NCBI GenBank assembly: GCA_963765495.1
Contig: CAVXWP010000001.1
Location: forward strand, 96,001-160,000
Direction: 5' to 3'
DNA length: 64,000 bases
Source of the DNA: Blastocatellia bacterium
GTDB taxonomy: Bacteria > Acidobacteriota > Blastocatellia > UBA7656
The translations under genes were made by a program, and so were the position numbers. This document shows positions 50,598 through 63,800 of the stretch, piece by piece. Each line of letters opens with the position of its first letter. The first letter of the stretch is position 1. The notes beneath the pieces are model-generated. The model was given only the letters and a program-made list of their open reading frames with translations. It searched no databases and had not been told where the DNA came from.

Positions 50598-53500
50598 TTA
50601 TCTCAGACGCATCGTTGGATCCCCTATCAGTATCCACGTTCGCCGGATGTCCAGGTCTGTCGTCGCCTCCTTCGCCGCTCGGGTCGCTTCTCCCAGTCTT
50701 ACCGCTCCTCCGCGACCAAAAAAGGTAAGGTATAGCTGCCGGTTTATCAACGCCTGCCCTCCCGGCATCGTCGTCCCGGACGACGCCCATACCGCTACCG
50801 CTCCTCCTCGCTCCGCCTTCATCAATGCTTCGCCTAAACTCTCCAACCCCGGATCATCAAAGTACCCGTTCAAACACGTCATCATCACAAATACACTCAG
50901 ATGATCCCTGTTTTTCATCTGCGCCGCGTCTTCATTCTCAAGCAGATTTCCTCTCCACTCTGTCACCGAGCCATGCCCTACGTAGTTGACCAACTTCTGC
51001 CCTCGATTGATCGCTTCCATCATCTCCTCTTTCGCCTTTTCTGTCCCTATCTGACCTCGGTTGATCTGATTCACCTTGACTCGCGATGGGATGATCCCGG
51101 CCAGTTCTCTGCTCGCCTGCTCGAAGTTATACCCATCGTTGCTGTCTGATACCAGTAGCAGTTCGCCTGAGGCGGGACTCTGCTCATACCCGATGATCTT
51201 CTCTATCATTGTCGTAGCTTCCTCGACGTTGCGGAACGGCAAGCGCCCTACCGCCAGCTCCGCTATCCCGTCTTCGTTAAAATCGGCCAGCCAGTCGTCA
51301 CTTGCCGTTTCCAGATACTGCGTGTCTATCTGCCTCGTCGGCACCAGGTCATAGCTCCCAAGACCAAGATAATTTCTCGCGTCATAGCTGGCATCACCCC
51401 CAAGCAACACGTATCGCGCCGGTCTCTTCCATCTGCTTGCCGCATAACTCAGAAAATCTTTCACCGCCTGAACGGTTTTGTTCCCAAAGCTGAATTCGTC
51501 ATAGATGTCTTCGATGTCGACGACTGCTACGCTAAGCCCTTCCTTCTGCCGCAGCGCCTTCAAAGGCTCTAGCGCGCCGAAGAATCCTCTCTCAGTGAGA
51601 ATCAACAGGTCCGCGCCGTTACCCGGCTGTCGCAGACTCGACGGGATGTTTGCCGCGACCTTCTCAGGATGTCTGGTCTGCGTGTCGGCAAACATCAATA
51701 GCAGCCGGTCGCCCGTTCCCCCTGGCGTAGCCATCGCCCTATAGCCGCTCTCCTCCTCCGTTACGCTTGCTGTGATCTCCTGCACCGATTCACTGTCTGT
51801 GATGTCAAGCACTCTTATGCCCTTACCAGTGAATCCGCTGACGCTCACCTGCTGGCCCGACTCTGCCATCAAGCTCAACTCATCGTTGTCGGCAATAAAG
51901 CTGTGCGTATAGGTGATGCGGATCGTGTCTACCAGACTCACATCGGCCTGGCCGCCTTCGGCTATCAACCTCACCGTGTTCTCGCCTTCGCGCAGCAGCC
52001 CGGGCACGACCGACACAAGCTTCCTGCTCAACTCCTGCCCGAAGAAGTCTAGTTGCGTCACCTCCGCGCCGTTTAGCTGCACGCGGACCCTGTGGGCCGT
52101 CTGCGTCACTCCCTGTAATGAGACCTCCAGCATCGCAGGCTCTGTCGCCGAGGCGTTCAGATGTTTTAGCTGTAGCGATTGTTCTACCGGCTCGCTTGCA
52201 ATTATCGCCCCGAAGAAGTTCTCCGCCTCGCCGTTTCTCAGCCCCGCGAAGTAGATGGTTCGGTCTTTCCGCTCCACGGTGAACGCGAATCCACCCGCAG
52301 CCACCTGCTTCGCCTTTGCCTTCGGTCACCACTATGCGTTTGCCCGCCCCTGCCCCGGCCACCAGCCAGTAGACTCGCCTATCGGTTGAAGGGGTATCGA
52401 GGCCCATGCCGTAGAACTCGACCGCATCACCCGCGTCCAACCGTCCATCCTGCTCTCCCGTGACTTTTATTGCCTGCTCTACTCCGTCTGCGAACAACTG
52501 CAAGAGTCGTGGATCACTCTTCGGGTCGAGTCCCGCTTGCACAAGCTCCGGTTGGGTGATGCGATAGTATCCTTCCTCTCTGACCGTGATCTTCACCGCC
52601 GCCTGCCCGGCCATACTCGTTTGCGATTCAAGCGTCGCGGCGGATGGTTGTGCCAGCGTCGCCGTGCGAGTCAGCGGAACGGAGCCGAGCCCGCCTGCAA
52701 GCAGTCCCTCGCGCATGCCGATTTGCGCAAGCAGAACGGACCTTCGCTCCACTTCCGAAGGACTGGCATCTGGCGCACTGGTTATCGCATACGGTCCATT
52801 CATCGTCGATTTGCCGTTTAGGTCGATGTCTTCAAGCCAGTAGCGAATCGACTTCCCGGCGGGCGGCGTATCCGCCCAGTAATAGACGTGGCCTGACAGC
52901 AGCGACGTCCCCGGCCCGTCCGTCAGCGCCGAGCCTGCAATAAGCTGCCGCGTGATCAGCGTGCGCGTCCCGTCTTCTTCCCGGTAGATCTTGAAGCCAA
53001 GGTTGTCTGCTTCAAAGCCGGTCTGCCACCTGAGCAGCACTTGATTGCCGTAGCCATTTGCCGTGAAGCGTTCCAGTTTCACTAGTGTCGGGTTGCCGAC
53101 TATCCCGATGTTTGTCCCCGTGAATTCCGAGGTGTTGCCGTCATTATCAGTCGCCGTCGCGATTATCTTATCCCCCGGATTGATGCCGAGGCTCGCCGCA
53201 TTGCCCGCGTCAAAGGTGGCGATGCCGGGGGCGCCGTTTAGGTAATCATCCGCCGTGTAGTATGTGCTTGAGATATAGGTCTCCCCCTGGAGATTCTCAT
53301 CGGCTTTGAAGAATTCGATGTAGAGTCCGTTCCCGCCGTAGTTGGAGTTAGCTGGATCGGAATCTACTTTGTACTGGAGGATGAGATTGCCGCTGGTGTT
53401 GATTACGGCGCTCGTGAATTCAGGATAGTTCTGCAGGTTGTTGCCGCCTGAATCAGCATCTTCCGGGTCGTTTGGCAACGGCTCGCTGCTGCACTCATCG

Positions 53501-56500
53501 AGGTCCTCGACCTCCTCGCCATCGGCCACATCCAGCGGGCATCCGAGACTGATGCCGAGCGCAAGGTTTGCCGAGATCGTATTCGGGTCTACCTTGTTGC
53601 AACATCCCGCGCTTTTTAAGCACTATTAACTCCATACTTTTTATTAAAAGCAATCTTGTTTCCGGCATTGGCTTCGGTCCCGCCCACCGTGTTATCGTGA
53701 GCCCCGCTATGAATGATGACTCCGGCCAGCCCATTTCCTAAATCACTCACCCCGTCGGAAGCCGTGCCGATATAATTGCCCGATACGCGGGTATCGTGGG
53801 TTAGCTCTCCGGAGATGGTAACTCCGCTCAGCCCATTGGCTGAGATAATGTTGCGCGCCTCCGGTATCTCACTGCCGAACCCCCCAACCAATGTATTTGT
53901 GGCGATGGAGATAAAGATTCCTGACCGTTGATTCCCAAGCCGCTGGGTTCCACTTAAATCCGTGCCGATCAAATTGCCTTGAATCTTCGTTCCGTCAGGG
54001 CGAACCAGTATAGCAAACTCTCCTGGCGCTGCCCCGACAGAGATGCCGATACCGAGATTGCCCGATATGAGGTTCGGCGCGGGCGCTCCGGTTTCCGCGT
54101 CAACGCCGCCGATCATCGTGTTAGTCGCCTTATTTCCAACCCCGATGCCTATTTGAAGATTTCCCAGCGCCCCATCGCCTTGTAAGTTTGTCCCTATTCT
54201 ATTGCCCTGGATAATGGTGTTGGTTGGCGCGGTGTTATGTTCGGGCGAAGCTGAGACGAGAATGCCTATGTTGTTCGCTGAAACCACATTGGATATAAGC
54301 TTATTGTCTGAGGCTCCGTCGACAAAAATCCCGGCACCTGTATTTCCTAACCCGGCATCCCCGGCCCTATTGATCCCGATATAATTGTACCTGACGGTGT
54401 TGCTGTCATTGATGATGTGAACACCGTGCCCTCCATTGCCCGATATCAGATTTCGGTGCCTGAGGGTGGAATCGCCAATTTGATTGTGCATCCCGTCTAC
54501 ATAGATGCCGTCGCCGCCGTTTGCCATAGCCGTATCACCTGCTACGTTTGTCCCTATGAAGTTGGTATGAATCGTGTTCTCCTGAGGAAACGGGGTGTTG
54601 TTATTTTCTCTCTGTATGCTGATTCCGTTTTCTGTATTGCCGGAGATGAAATTGTTAATCACTTTGTTCTGCGAGCCAAAGATCTCAATCCCGCTCCCGT
54701 TTGGCCGGGCGGTATTAAACCCTATATCGAGCCCGACTACGTTGCCCTCCAATCTGTTATTAACCGCCCCTGCCAGCAGTCTGATTCCCACATTGCTGTT
54801 GCCGCTAATGATATTGCCTATATATCCAACGCCTATACTATTCCTAACGCCTATATCATTATTGGTGGCGACGCCGATGACGATGCCTGTTGCTTGATTT
54901 GTGCCCGGATCATTGTCGAAATCCCCGATTGTGTTATTTACCACCTTGTTGTTTTGCGTATGCGACGCGTCGTTGTCTCCATCAATATTAGAGATAAAAA
55001 CGCCCCCCTGCTCGTTATCAACAATCGTGTTGGCCTCTCCAAATCCGCCGCCAATCGTATTGTTTGACGCTCCGCGTATGGCCACACCCAACATACTCAG
55101 CCGTATCACATTGTGAGTAACAAAATTGCCATTGGCATTCTCCTCTATCTGTATGCCTTGCCCCGGCCCTCCAATCAGATTCTTTTCCTGGTCGCTGCTA
55201 CCGCCGATGTGATTGCCCGATGCGCCATGCGTAATAAGCACGCCATATGTGCCACCGGCAGCCCCTTCACCGTCGGCGATCACGGCGATATAGTTGCCGA
55301 TAACCGTATTATTCATAGCGCTTGCTGTATCAATCAGCACTTGAGTGGTGCGGTTGGCGGCTATGACATTCCTCTCTAAAGAGGTCGCGCCGCCTATCCG
55401 GTTCAGGCTGCCGGTGATATGGACGCCGGTATCCTGACGACCATTCGGGTCCGGGGTTATGCCGTCGGCCAGAATGCCGATGTAACAGCCTGTCAGGGTA
55501 TTATTGCTGCTGACAAACTTAACTCCGGCCTTGAAAAACCGATTGATTGCCAGCGCCCGCACCGTAGAGCCATCGCTGCCTGCTGCAAACACCAAACCGT
55601 CCGTAGCTCCCGTGTTGATGCCGTTTATCTCAATTAAGGGCGCGCTTGAATATCCGGACTGCGACGAGCCATCAAGGATGACCTGTGCGGTGATGGCGGG
55701 CAGCGCCGAGCCGGGCATGATCGTATGAATGCCCGCGCCGGAAATGTCGAACTTAATCGTATGCGAGCCAACATAGCCCGCTCGTGTGACGACTTCGAGC
55801 GCCGCTCTCAAACTGCATTGCAACCCGGTCGTGTTGGTATCCACATCACAAACGCCGTCATTGGGATTTTCGTCCGACTGGTCGCCTTCGATAGTGACGA
55901 TGAGCGCCGACGGGCAGGTTTCCTGCGGCGCGGCAAGATAATCTTTGAGGCTGCGGTACTGGCTCAGACCGCTATCACTACAAGTCGCACCGGCGTTGCA
56001 GGAAAATTCCGATGTGTTGCCGTAATCATCGGTGGCGGTAGAGGAAATCACGGCAGATGAGGAAACGGTTGAGGTCGAGGTGAAGGTGAAGGAGGCAAAA
56101 CCATTGCCATCGGTGGTGACATCGGTTGAACCGATTGATGTTTCACCTTCGCCGTGACCTGAGGAATCGCCATTGGTGCTGGCATAAAAATCAATAGTGA
56201 AGTGTTGATGACCGCTGCTGCGGAGGATGCCTTCAACCGTCACCGTGCCATCGCTGTTGAAGACAGGGGCGATCAGTTCGGGGAAATTTTGCAGGAGGTT
56301 GGCGCCAAGATCACTATCCTGATCGCAATTATCATTGATCGTCACCCCGTCGCCGCTGGCCGAGGCGTCAGAGCTGAGATCAATGCCCAGACCGCCGTTA
56401 TCCTTGATTGAATTGCCGCGAATCTGATTCCCACGCGTTGGCGGATCGCCGGGAGACTCGTGCACCAACACACCCGCGAGGTCGTTATTCCAAATCACGT

Positions 56501-59500
56501 TTTGTTCGTCGGAATCCGTGCCGCCGACGACGGTGCTGCCGTATCCGTCAAGAAACACACCGCTGCGTTCGTTGCTCAACGGCAGGTTGTTTCTGTTCAG
56601 CCCGATATAGTTGTTGATGATGCGCACATCGCCGCCGATATTATGCACATGGATTCCGTTTGTCGCATTACCCGATATGTAATTCTTCGAGAACTGATTG
56701 ATGCCGCCAATCGTCACCGAAGTCCCGAACGTGGAAATGATGTTGACCGCGCCATCCGTGAACGGCCCGTTGGGGATGGTGTTTATCCCGTCTACATCCG
56801 TGCCGACTAGATTTGCTTCGACCGTGTGCGTTTGAAAGTTGAATCCCGAACCAGACACGATGTTGATTCCCGAGCCGTTGCCGGAGACGAGATTGCCCAT
56901 GTTCACGTTCTGGACCGCATCATACAGACCAATAAAGGTATCGCTGGTTTCGACGTGTATGCCGCCGAAGTTTCTGAGCGCCTGGGCGCCGTCCATCGTT
57001 GTCCCAACATAGTTGTTGAATATACCTACGGTTCCAAATCCATCACGGTAGACCGCTCCCCCCGTGGAAGGAGGGAAGAGGTTGTCATTTCCCGAAATCA
57101 AATTGCAAAAGCCTGTGCACGCGCCTCCCGGAGTTGTGCCTCCCGGCGCGCCAATGTTTGAAAGCGAGAGATTATTGCTGACGTTCACCACACCAGTGAT
57201 GGTGAAGAAACCGCCAAGAAAGTTGCGCCAATCATTTTCCATCGCCATCGTCCCGGTGATGTCCGTGCCGATGTTGTTTCCAATAATCGCACAGTAGCCG
57301 CCTTCGCTGATACCGTTGAAGAAGGTGTCGTTGCACCAGATGCCGTCATAGCCGTTGTCAGAGATGATATTGCGTCCGGCTGGTGTAATCGAGCCGATGG
57401 TAGTCGTCACAACCTGAGTGGTGGTAATGCCTTGCCAACAGTTACCAAGCGGATGCAGCCCGTCGGCGCTGGTTCCGATGCGGTTGCCTTTGACCGTATT
57501 TCCATTAGTCAGCAAATCGCCTGTGTCTACCGAAATCAACGGCACGATTTGCATGCCTTCGCCAAAGCATTGCCCCGGAGCCGGGTTGACATCGGGTGGG
57601 TAGAGTTTGCCGTTCCCGGAAATCGTGTTGCTGTCAAAATCCCCGTCACCGCCGATCTGGTTGTTGTTGCCGGTCAGCAGGACGCCGCGCGTGTTGCCGA
57701 GTTTCGACATCCCGGACCGGCTCGTGCCTATCAAGTTGCCGGCGATGAAATTGTCGTTGCCCGCAGTGACCGAGAGGCCCGCGCCGTCGTTGCCTGATAT
57801 GAGATTATATGCGATGAAGTTCGTGTCGGCGTCGAAGATGTTCAACCCTGTCGCTTCGTTCCCTTTGTCGAGTGTGCCGCTGGGGTCGGTGCCAAGGCTA
57901 CAGTTGGTGATTATGTTGTTGCCGTTGTTCGGAAAGAGCGTAGTGCTCTCGATGGTCATGCCGTTGCCGCCAATCAGGCTGCCGGTGTTCGGGTCTTGGA
58001 CGGCGTGAAACTCGTTGATCGCCAGGTTGGCGATGAAGCAGTTGCTGGCGCGAATCTTCAGGCCGTCGGCGGCCACGCCGCTCAACTGGTCGCCTTTGAT
58101 TTCAATCAGGGGCGTGCCGGTGAAACCGGGCTGCGTCGAGCCGTTAATGGTAACCGACGAGGTGATGGCCGGCAGTTCCTGCAAAGGCGAGATCGTATGC
58201 ACGCCGCTGCCCGGGATGTTGAAATCGATCTCGGCGCCGCCTCCGTCAGAATTGGCCAGTTGAATCGCTTCGCGCAGCGTGCATGGCTGGCCGGTTTGCA
58301 AGCAGTTGCTTGCGCCATCGGCTTCCGTGTTGACCGTGAATGTCGCCGTGGGCGTGGTCAGCACTACAGAAGGACTCAAGGCGCCGCTTCGCAAGACGAC
58401 CAGATCGGTCAACGCGTCGGCATTCAACTGCATGGGCAAGACGGCCAGCGGCGCAGCCTCGTCATCGAGTGAAACGATTTGACTCGTCAGCATCTGGCTC
58501 GCGGTATTCGCCTGCGCGACGATGTGTATCTGTCTGGCAGATGAATCAGGCAACGCGAGATCGTCTCTTCCTGTGTTTGAAGCGCGAAGGCGGACAAGCC
58601 GCTTTGCAACCGGGGAACTGGCGGCGCTCGCCAGCCGCGCATCGGTGATTAGCATTTGCAATTTCCATGCAGAGAGTGGCGAAGGGCGCGCGGCAATCGT
58701 TCGCAGGAAAGCATCCTTCGTGCGCTGCCGGCGCTCGTCGGCTTGCGCCCCTTTTTCAGCCAGCAACTGCGCCAGTTCATCCTTGCTCATGGCTTTTAGC
58801 TTTTGCGCTTCGTCCGCAGCTTTTTGATCAAGCAGCCGCTGTCTCGTGTCGGGGGAGAGCCGCGAATCCATCAACGTCAAACCGCGCTGAGTGGCGGCTT
58901 CTTCGTTAGGCGGCCCGGACTGTGCCAGCAGCGCAAACCGCTTCGCATCTGCACCCGACGGCACAAAGGCGCGCGATCTGGTTTGTTGCTTCGCCGCTTC
59001 GGGCAGCGCGACGTTTGACGGCTTGCGCTCATCGCGCAACGGCTCGAGCAAGTACAAGCTGCCGCTCGCATCCAGCAGCGCCAGATTCTGGCCGCGCTGA
59101 TTGGAGAACTTTCCGATCTCAAGCGCGGCGATGCCGAACGGCATTTTTCGTGTCGCGACGACCGCACCCGGACGTTTGATGCCGAATCGCGGGTCTAAAT
59201 CCCACGGGTAAGCCTGCCCGCGTCCGTGAATTATCGTCAATTGATCCCCGCAGGCGACGGCTATGTCTCCATAATAATCATCGTCCAGATTCCCGATTGC
59301 GATGTCGACAGCTGGCGCTGGAAGTGCCAAGACTTCCGGCTTCTGTTTGAACGCCCCTTCGGGTTGCTCAAAAACCACAAGCTGTGAACTCTTCCCGTTT
59401 TCTACGGCCACGGCCACATCGCTCTGCCCATCGGCACGGCCTATTTCTCCTACCCCCAGTGCCGTTATTTTTCCCGGCAGCAGTATCGTCGCGGGAGCCG

Positions 59501-60785
59501 CAAAATTCCCCCTCCCGTCGCCTGTGAGTAGTTGCAATCCATTGTCGCCTTTCGCTGCTGCCAATACATCTTTCCTCCCATCTCCATTGAAATCTCCGAC
59601 CACGAGATAGTCCGGCCTCAGCCCCAGAGGGAATGTCTTTTCCGTCGCATAAAATGGAGAATCGAGGAACGTGCCCTCGGCTTTGTGCCTTTTGGCTTGC
59701 GGCGAGTCAGGAAACATCGAATCCACATTGCCCCGATAGAACTTCAATGTGCCATCAGCGTCGGCGGTCACGAGGTCTGCTACGCCGTCGGAATCGAAAT
59801 CCGCCGAGGCCAGTAGCGATGGCTCGCTCGCGCTCGTCTCTTGATTGGCTGCCGTGCCTGATTGCAGGGAGAGTTCCTTGCCGTCTTTGAAGTTGATATA
59901 AGGCGCTCCCCGCCCTTCGGCTTTGATGGTGGTCCTGCCTGGCGTCTCGGTTGATTTATCTGCCCCCTGTTTCTTTTCTCCGGATTCAGAAACCGTCGCG
60001 GCGGATTCCGAAGGCTGCCCAATACCAGGCGGGGGGCTGTTGTTCGCTTCGGTTTTGGCTTCGCCAGAAGCCTCCGGGTTGCCGCTTGCAGGAAGCATTG
60101 CGCTGACATGAGGCGCGTCTGTACCGCCGGTCGTCAAGGCAGATTGATTGCTGCTGGCGACCCTCGCTTCGGTGCGAGTCTCAGCCAGATGGGCGGTATG
60201 ATCTGACGGTTGTGGAGCCTTGTTCCAGCCTTGTGTGAAGACGCCGATTGGGGGCTTCCTGGAGAGAGAGACCACCCGTGGTGCGATAGCGAATACGTTA
60301 CGGGTTGCTGCTAGCAAGCCTGTGCCGCTCGGCTTGCCCGCATGTTCGTTGGCAGCAACGGTTCTGGTGCTGCGCGCCGTTTCGCCGCGAGCAATCGCGC
60401 TGTAGTCCGGTACGTGATTGGCTGTCAGTTTGGGAATGGGATGTAAGATGAACGAACGAGAGCCGCGCAGAGCAACGACCGTACCTCTCGGTGCGTCGCT
60501 CTTGTGATTGTCAAGACGGCCCGGCAACATAATCACCCGTCCCGCAATATTTATCTCGCCGGTGCGCAGCGGCGTTTCCTCAAGCGGCGAGGCGGGCAAT
60601 TGATACGTCTCGCCGCCTGTGTTCTTTCGACCCCTCCCCGCACCACTCATCACTAATGCGGTGCCGTCATCAGTAGACGCTGCGGCACGAGATTGAGGCG
60701 GCAAGGCGCTGCTTATAAGGCAGAGCGTGAGCATCAAGGCAAAGATGAAGCGCAGTCTTCGGTGGTAGTAATCTGATGGCAGCAT
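50598..60785 (-). CDS. Giant secreted protein A2 (paralog of A1, ~3,390 aa if corrected); frameshifts near 53615-53630 and 52312; possible pseudogene or assembly error
   Basis: Joins ORFs 53616-60821, 51880-53529 and 50598-52304; same architecture as A1; C25 dyad YVGHGS / MTCLNG intact. Confidence 0.78.
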
Positions 60786-60837
60786 TGGGCATTCCTCATT
60801 CGATCTGCGGACCAGATGCATCTTCAGATCGATATAG

Positions 60838-63800
60838 TTAATTTACTCCACACAAACAGGAGTTATTTCTGGTGTCTCGGTCAGCGATTGTGCATCGCAA
60901 AGTACCGGGAGGCGATTGCAAGCTGGCATTGCCTCGATGCTGAGTGCCTACATAATATGCCAGGACGCGGCGCTCGGGGGTGTAGTGTTGCAGATTCCAG
61001 ATGGTGCCTTTTGAGGTTATCGTTCCTCTCCCGGTGTAGGTTGTGCCCCCGCAACAAAAACGATAATCGCCCGTCCTCGTGTTAAACAACAGCACGGTCC
61101 CTGCATTGCCGTCATCCTGCAAACAGACATCAAAGGTCGTGACGGTGAAGTTGCAAGTTGCGGTATTGCCGGAACTGTCTGTCGCCGTACAAGTCACCGT
61201 CGTCGTCCCTAACGGAAAACAACTCCCCGATGGCGGATTGCACGTCACGGTTACTCCCGGACAATTATCGCTCACCACAGGCGCGGGATAGTTGACCACC
61301 ACGCAGGACGAACTCTGATTCGGGGATACCGCTGTGAGGTCTGCCGGACACGTAATCAGGGGCGACTGTGTGTCGGCGATGGTTATTGTGAAGGCGCAAC
61401 CGGGGCCTGCGGTGGTTGTGCAGGTCACTGTGGTCGTGCCTTTCGGGAAGAACGAACCCGAAGCCGGAGAACAGGTAACCGTGCCGCATCCGGCTGAGGT
61501 GGTCGGAGCCGGATAGCTCACCACTGCGCCGCATTGACCCGGATCATTGCTCCTTGTGATATTCGTCGGGCAGGTGATGGTGCAGGCTTGCTGCGTAACC
61601 GTCACCGTGAAGCTGCAAGTGGCGGTGTTCTTCGAGGCATCGGTAGCCGTGCAGGTGACCGTCGTTGTGCCTGTAGGGAAACAAGTGCCAGAAGGTGGTG
61701 AGCAAGTGACCGTAGCGCCCGGACAGTTGTCATTGGCAGCCGGGGTTGTGTAGTTGACGACGGCGCACTTCTGAGTCGATTGAACATTGACATTTATGTC
61801 TGCCGGGCAAGTCAGGTTGGGCGGGGTGTCGTCAACCACGGTTACCGTAAACGAGCAACCCGGCCCTGTTTTAGTCGCGCAGGTGACGGTTGTTGTGCCG
61901 ACGGGGAAGAAGGAGCCGGAAGCGGGCAAGCAACTCGCCGAGCCGCAGTCGCCGGTTGTTGTTGGCGCGGGATAGTTGACCACCGCGCCACACTGAGTCG
62001 CGCCGGGGCCGGTGTTGGCGGTCTGATTAGGCGGACAGGTAGTCGAGCAGTCTATCTCGAAAGCGCCGATGTCAGAGCCGTTGCCGCCCACGCGTTCGCA
62101 ATCGTCGGGTCATCAACAGGACGAGGGAAGCCGCGCTGGTCAGTAGTGATGGGCGTTGCGGTGATCGGGTCGATGGCGGCAGCTCCTTTGTCTATTGCCG
62201 GGCTGCCCGCAAGCAGCGCCAGGGTCATCGTCGGGCCGCCGTTATCGGCCAGTGGGCCAAGCAACGGGTCAATCGGCATGGCATCCGTGCCGATCTGATC
62301 GCCAGTCATCGGAACGATGGTCGCGTCCTTATTATTGCCGATCAGGTTCCAGCCCTGCGAAGTGAGTGTGCCGTCAAAGTCGGGGCCAACGTCAGCGGTA
62401 TTTGTGGCGATGATGGTGTTCTTGGCCGTCACCGTGGCGTCATTATGAATGCCGCCGCCATTACCTGTGCTGCTCGGGCCGCCCATTGAAGGACGGCGTG
62501 CCGACCGCAGCATTCCCGGAGAACGTGCTGTTTGTGAGTATCAACTGACCGCCGTTGGAAATGCCTCCCCCAAGGCTGAAGAGCGGGACCACTGTCACTG
62601 CGGAGATGCCGCTGATCGTGAGGCCGTTGGCTGAATTGCCGAAGAAGGTGCTATTGGTAATACGCACAGTCCCTGTGTTATTGCTAATACCTCCCCCAAT
62701 GCCACCAGTAGCGATATAAATATTACCATCATTGACATTGTAAACGCCCCCGTTCGCAGAATTACCGGATACTGTACTGTTGGTGATATTTACATTTCCC
62801 GATGCATTACTGAGACCGGCCCCGGATGATCCCACGACGAATAGGCCGCCGCCGCCGCTGTTGCTTCCCGCAGTTACGGTGTCGCCGTTGGTGGCTGTGT
62901 TTCCAGCGATCGTGCAGTCAGTCAAATTCACCGTACCGTTCGTGTTGGCAATACCACCTCCGGAACTCGTGCCGGCAACTCGGGCCTGATTGAGCACATT
63001 CCCGCTGTTGCCCTTGCCACCTCTCACAACATTTTCGGAGATGACGCTATTCGTAATATTAAGAGTTCCACCGTTTGCATTATAAATGCCGCCGCCAATG
63101 CCTTGAGCAGCCTCAGTTCTGCCATTGAGAACACTATCGCCGCCGGCGGCGAAATTGCCGGAGATCACGACATTGTTGATGGCGAGCGTGCCAGTGCTGT
63201 TGTTGAGAATGCCGCCGCCTGTGCCGTTGGTCGGAGTCGCACTGTTGATACCCCGATTCAAGCCGTTCGCGATCGTCAAGCCCGAGATCGAGACGTCGTA
63301 ATTACCCGGCGCAATATTAAATATACGCGAGGCATTGTTGCCGCTGACGGTCAGTACGCCCGCACCGGGGCCGACGATATTCACGCTGTCAAAGATCACC
63401 ATTTCGCCGCTGGTCAGCGTGATCGTTCCCGTAACGCCTGCGGCAAAGGTAATGGTTTGTGTGCCCGGCGTTAAATTGGAGCAGATTACCGCTTCGCGCA
63501 GGCTGCCCGCACCGCTGTCATTTGTGCTGGTGACGACCGTCGAGCACGCAGCGTTCTGCGCTTCAAAGGCGCCGATGTCAGAGCCGTTGCCACCCGTCGC
63601 GTTCGCAATCGCCGGGTTGTCAACAGGACGAGGGAAGCCGCGCTGGTCAGTAGTGATGGGCATTCCCGAAATGGGATCAGTAGCGGCGGCTCCTTTGTCT
63701 ATCGCAGGGCTGCCTGCGAGCAGTGCCAGGGTCATCGTCGGGCCGCCGTTATCGGCCAGTGGTCCGAGAAGAGGATCGATCGGCATCGCATCCGTTCCGA

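Noticed and set aside
53610-53635. Programmed ribosomal frameshift splitting A2
   Set aside because: Restoring colinearity with A1 needs two separate single-A removals, and A1 is continuous here; sequencing error or decay is simpler.
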